A model generated the notes under the pieces. That model did no database searches, was not told the DNA's origin, and saw nothing but the letters and a program-made list of their open reading frames with translations. The translations under genes were made by a program, and so were the position numbers. 64,000 nucleotides of DNA from a virus: the IMG/VR virus record IMGVR_UViG_3300050821_003315. One strand, given 5' to 3'. This document shows positions 62,126 through 64,000 of this stretch, piece by piece (position 1 is the first letter of the stretch; each line of letters opens with the position of its first letter).

Positions 62126-62401
62126 CTACGCTAGCAAGTTTTCGGGCGGTATGGTGCCCTTGGCCAGCGACCACATACTAAGCCTAACGTGATACCTAAG
62201 CCAGAAAGCGTCTCCGTTATGCGTAGCGAAAGACACGAATCTACTCTCGTACGAATCCGCGTTGTGTATCTCGATTGACCTCAGGATAAGGTGCTGAGCT
62301 ACTTCCCACTCCAGTCCTAGCTTGCCAAGAGCGTGAAAAGCCTGGTTCTGTGTTAGGTAGGCTGCGCCACCTAGTAGTTTGTCGAAGCTCATTCCTACCA
62401 T
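62126..62401 (-). CDS. Hypothetical protein
   Basis: ORF in operon. Confidence 0.5.
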   Translation of the reverse strand: MVGMSFDKLLGGAAYLTQNQAFHALGKLGLEWEVAQHLILRSIEIHNADSYESRFVSFATHNGDAFWLRYHVRLSMWSLAKGTIPPENLLA

Positions 62402-62402
62402 T

Positions 62403-62747
62403 CTAGAACATCAGGCGGCTGACTCCAGGGGGCAGGTAGTCTTCCACGCGTACAGGGTCAGGTTCTGTCATGGACGGCGGGTCTTGTGCTCGCATGCGAG
62501 TAACTATCTGGGCGCTAGACTCGTTCATGTAAGCAATGAAAGCTTCCAGCTTGGTGTGACCCCACGTGTGGTGCGTAATCTTCCACACGCTAGGTTCTGT
62601 CTCTTCCTTAACCAGGCAATAGAACATCTCGCCTAGCGCCGGCACAGTGACCTTTCTAAACTCTATACGGTTGTTTCCCTGCGTATAGAACTCTTCCTTC
62701 GAATCGTCCCAGCGTCCTTCGAACAGAAAGGTAGGCTCGTTAGTCAC
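62403..62747 (-). CDS. Hypothetical protein
   Basis: RBS GAAGGAG. Confidence 0.6.
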   Translation of the reverse strand: MTNEPTFLFEGRWDDSKEEFYTQGNNRIEFRKVTVPALGEMFYCLVKEETEPSVWKITHHTWGHTKLEAFIAYMNESSAQIVTRMRAQDPPSMTEPDPVRVEDYLPPGVSRLMF

Positions 62748-63058
62748 GGTACTCCTTCGGAGGAAGCTCAGCCAGTGGTACTAGATACGGCCTAATCCTA
62801 GCAGCATGCTGTTCCCCGTGCGGACACGCGGTAATGAACCTGCTGTTTTCACTGTTGGTGGCGAATCGGTGCAATCGCATAGCGTTACCTTCAGCCTCAC
62901 CGTACATCTGCACAAAATCGATACGATACACGAACTGCTTCAAATCAGGAATGCCTAGTCCTTCAAGCCAAGCCCAGCGTTCAGGAGTAACCGGTGCTTC
63001 CCACGTGAACAGTTCTTCTGCCACGTCGTCTTCTGTCAGAAACTTCAAATCGCTCATG
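62740..63058 (-). CDS. Hypothetical protein
   Basis: Start at MSDLKF (approximately 63058) after a TAAGCT -10 box. Confidence 0.55.
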
Positions 63059-63118
63059 GGCGCAAGCTTAGCCGTTATGGTAAGTTTGAGCAAACACGCT
63101 AACACACAGGAGTTAAAA

Positions 63119-63751
63119 ATGAACACATACGAGGTAACCTACCAGGCTATTAGTCCGTCTTTTCGTAACACCGAAATCGAAGTACCTGCGGACAAGGCGA
63201 CTGAGATTCGAGAAGAACTCGCCAAGTCTCTTAAGGCACGACAGCCTGTGGTTTACGGCCGAGATTGGTATTACGATTCAGTAGCGGTCAAGGACACCAT
63301 GATTGTAGAGGGCGACCATTACTCCGTAAGCAACAACGGAACGGCGCACTTCTACGAGGGCCAGAGCACAGCTCCTAGCACTTCCGTCCTAAACGTAATC
63401 CACGTACGCAAGCTGCCGACCAGTGAGCCTCTTCCTCTGCATCTTGTATCGCAAATGTCTTCTGCCACAGGCACAGTCCCCTCCACGACTATGAAGGCTG
63501 TAGCCCAGGAGATGAATAAGGCCGTAGCCAAAGCAGCCGAAGACACCAGCTCTAAGAAGCTGACGTGGGCGCAGGCACGAAAAGAATTTGAAGACCTGCT
63601 TAATATACTGTCCACCAATCCTGCGTGGAAGCGCATGATGTTCCAGGTTTGTGTTGCTAAGGGCAGCGAGCGAATCGAACTACGCCCTGCATACCCAACG
63701 ACTGGCGATTACGCCAACGTAAAAGCTCCTAAATACGAATCAGAGCGCTAA
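63119..63751 (+). CDS. Hypothetical protein
   Basis: ATG 63119 after CAGGAG; the upstream part of the tracked ORF overlaps a minus-strand gene. Confidence 0.65.
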   Translation: MNTYEVTYQAISPSFRNTEIEVPADKATEIREELAKSLKARQPVVYGRDWYYDSVAVKDTMIVEGDHYSVSNNGTAHFYEGQSTAPSTSVLNVIHVRKLPTSEPLPLHLVSQMSSATGTVPSTTMKAVAQEMNKAVAKAAEDTSSKKLTWAQARKEFEDLLNILSTNPAWKRMMFQVCVAKGSERIELRPAYPTTGDYANVKAPKYESER

Positions 63752-63760
63752 AAAGCTCTT

Positions 63761-63834
63761 AAAACCACCAGAAACTGCTCAGAACTGCGAAATCACACAA
63801 TTTTGCACCGTCTGAGCAGTTTTTTGGTGTTTTT
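63761..63834. repeat. Long imperfect inverted repeat in AT-rich non-coding region
   Basis: aaaaccaccagaaactgctcaga ... tctgagcagttttttggtgttttt. Confidence 0.75.
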
Positions 63835-64000
63835 AACATAAAACCCAGTAAAATCAGCGTTTTTTGAGTGTGATATCACATTTTTGTGTTCACAACTTTT
63901 GGCTTTTTAAACGTGGGGAGAGAATTGCGTCAAACCACCGTCCCGCGTAGCTGTCCCATAAAAAAACCGACCATGGCTGACGGTAGTCGACCATCCTCAT

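Noticed and set aside
1-64000. Stop-codon reassignment
   Set aside because: Core genes are full length under the standard code, TAG/TAA/TGA all serve as stops, and no suppressor tRNA was found.
1-64000. Integrase, repressor or host flanking genes
   Set aside because: None recognisable; lifestyle cannot be determined from this window.

Overview
A 64 kb piece of a large HK97-type siphovirus (long non-contractile tail), very probably infecting an actinomycete. The host inference rests on TANNNT leaderless promoters, actinophage-type terminase and protease genes, and tRNAs that mostly lack an encoded CCA. Read on the minus strand from right to left, the window holds small accessory genes, an RtcB RNA ligase and a dCMP deaminase. 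Next is a ~4.6 kb array of 39 tRNA genes covering all 20 amino acids, interleaved with non-tRNA structured RNAs. Then come a short plus-strand nucleotide-metabolism/peptidase cassette, the small and large terminase, portal, prohead protease and major capsid protein. A large glycosylation island follows (6 putative glycosyltransferases, 3 methyltransferases, RmlB-like dehydratase, DegT aminotransferase, GNAT, epimerase), partly interleaved with head-tail genes. The left end holds the major tail protein, a -1 frameshifting tail chaperone, a 2816 aa tape measure, a giant Dit-like protein, an inverted HNH gene and a truncated glycine-rich tail gene. Two candidate systems stand out. (1) The tRNA array looks built like a regulated rRNA-style operon: leaderless uORF plus attenuator, a SigR/SigH-type promoter, boxB/boxA, and a long-range processing stem. 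It also carries four circularly permuted tRNA-like RNAs (one YrlA-type Y RNA), an 81-nt tmRNA-like RNA with no mRNA domain, and a uniform class of 69-nt compact Arg tRNAs, all near rtcB. (2) The glycosylation island looks like a self-contained amino-deoxysugar synthesis and virion glycosylation pathway. All calls were made by eye; no searches or folding programs were run.
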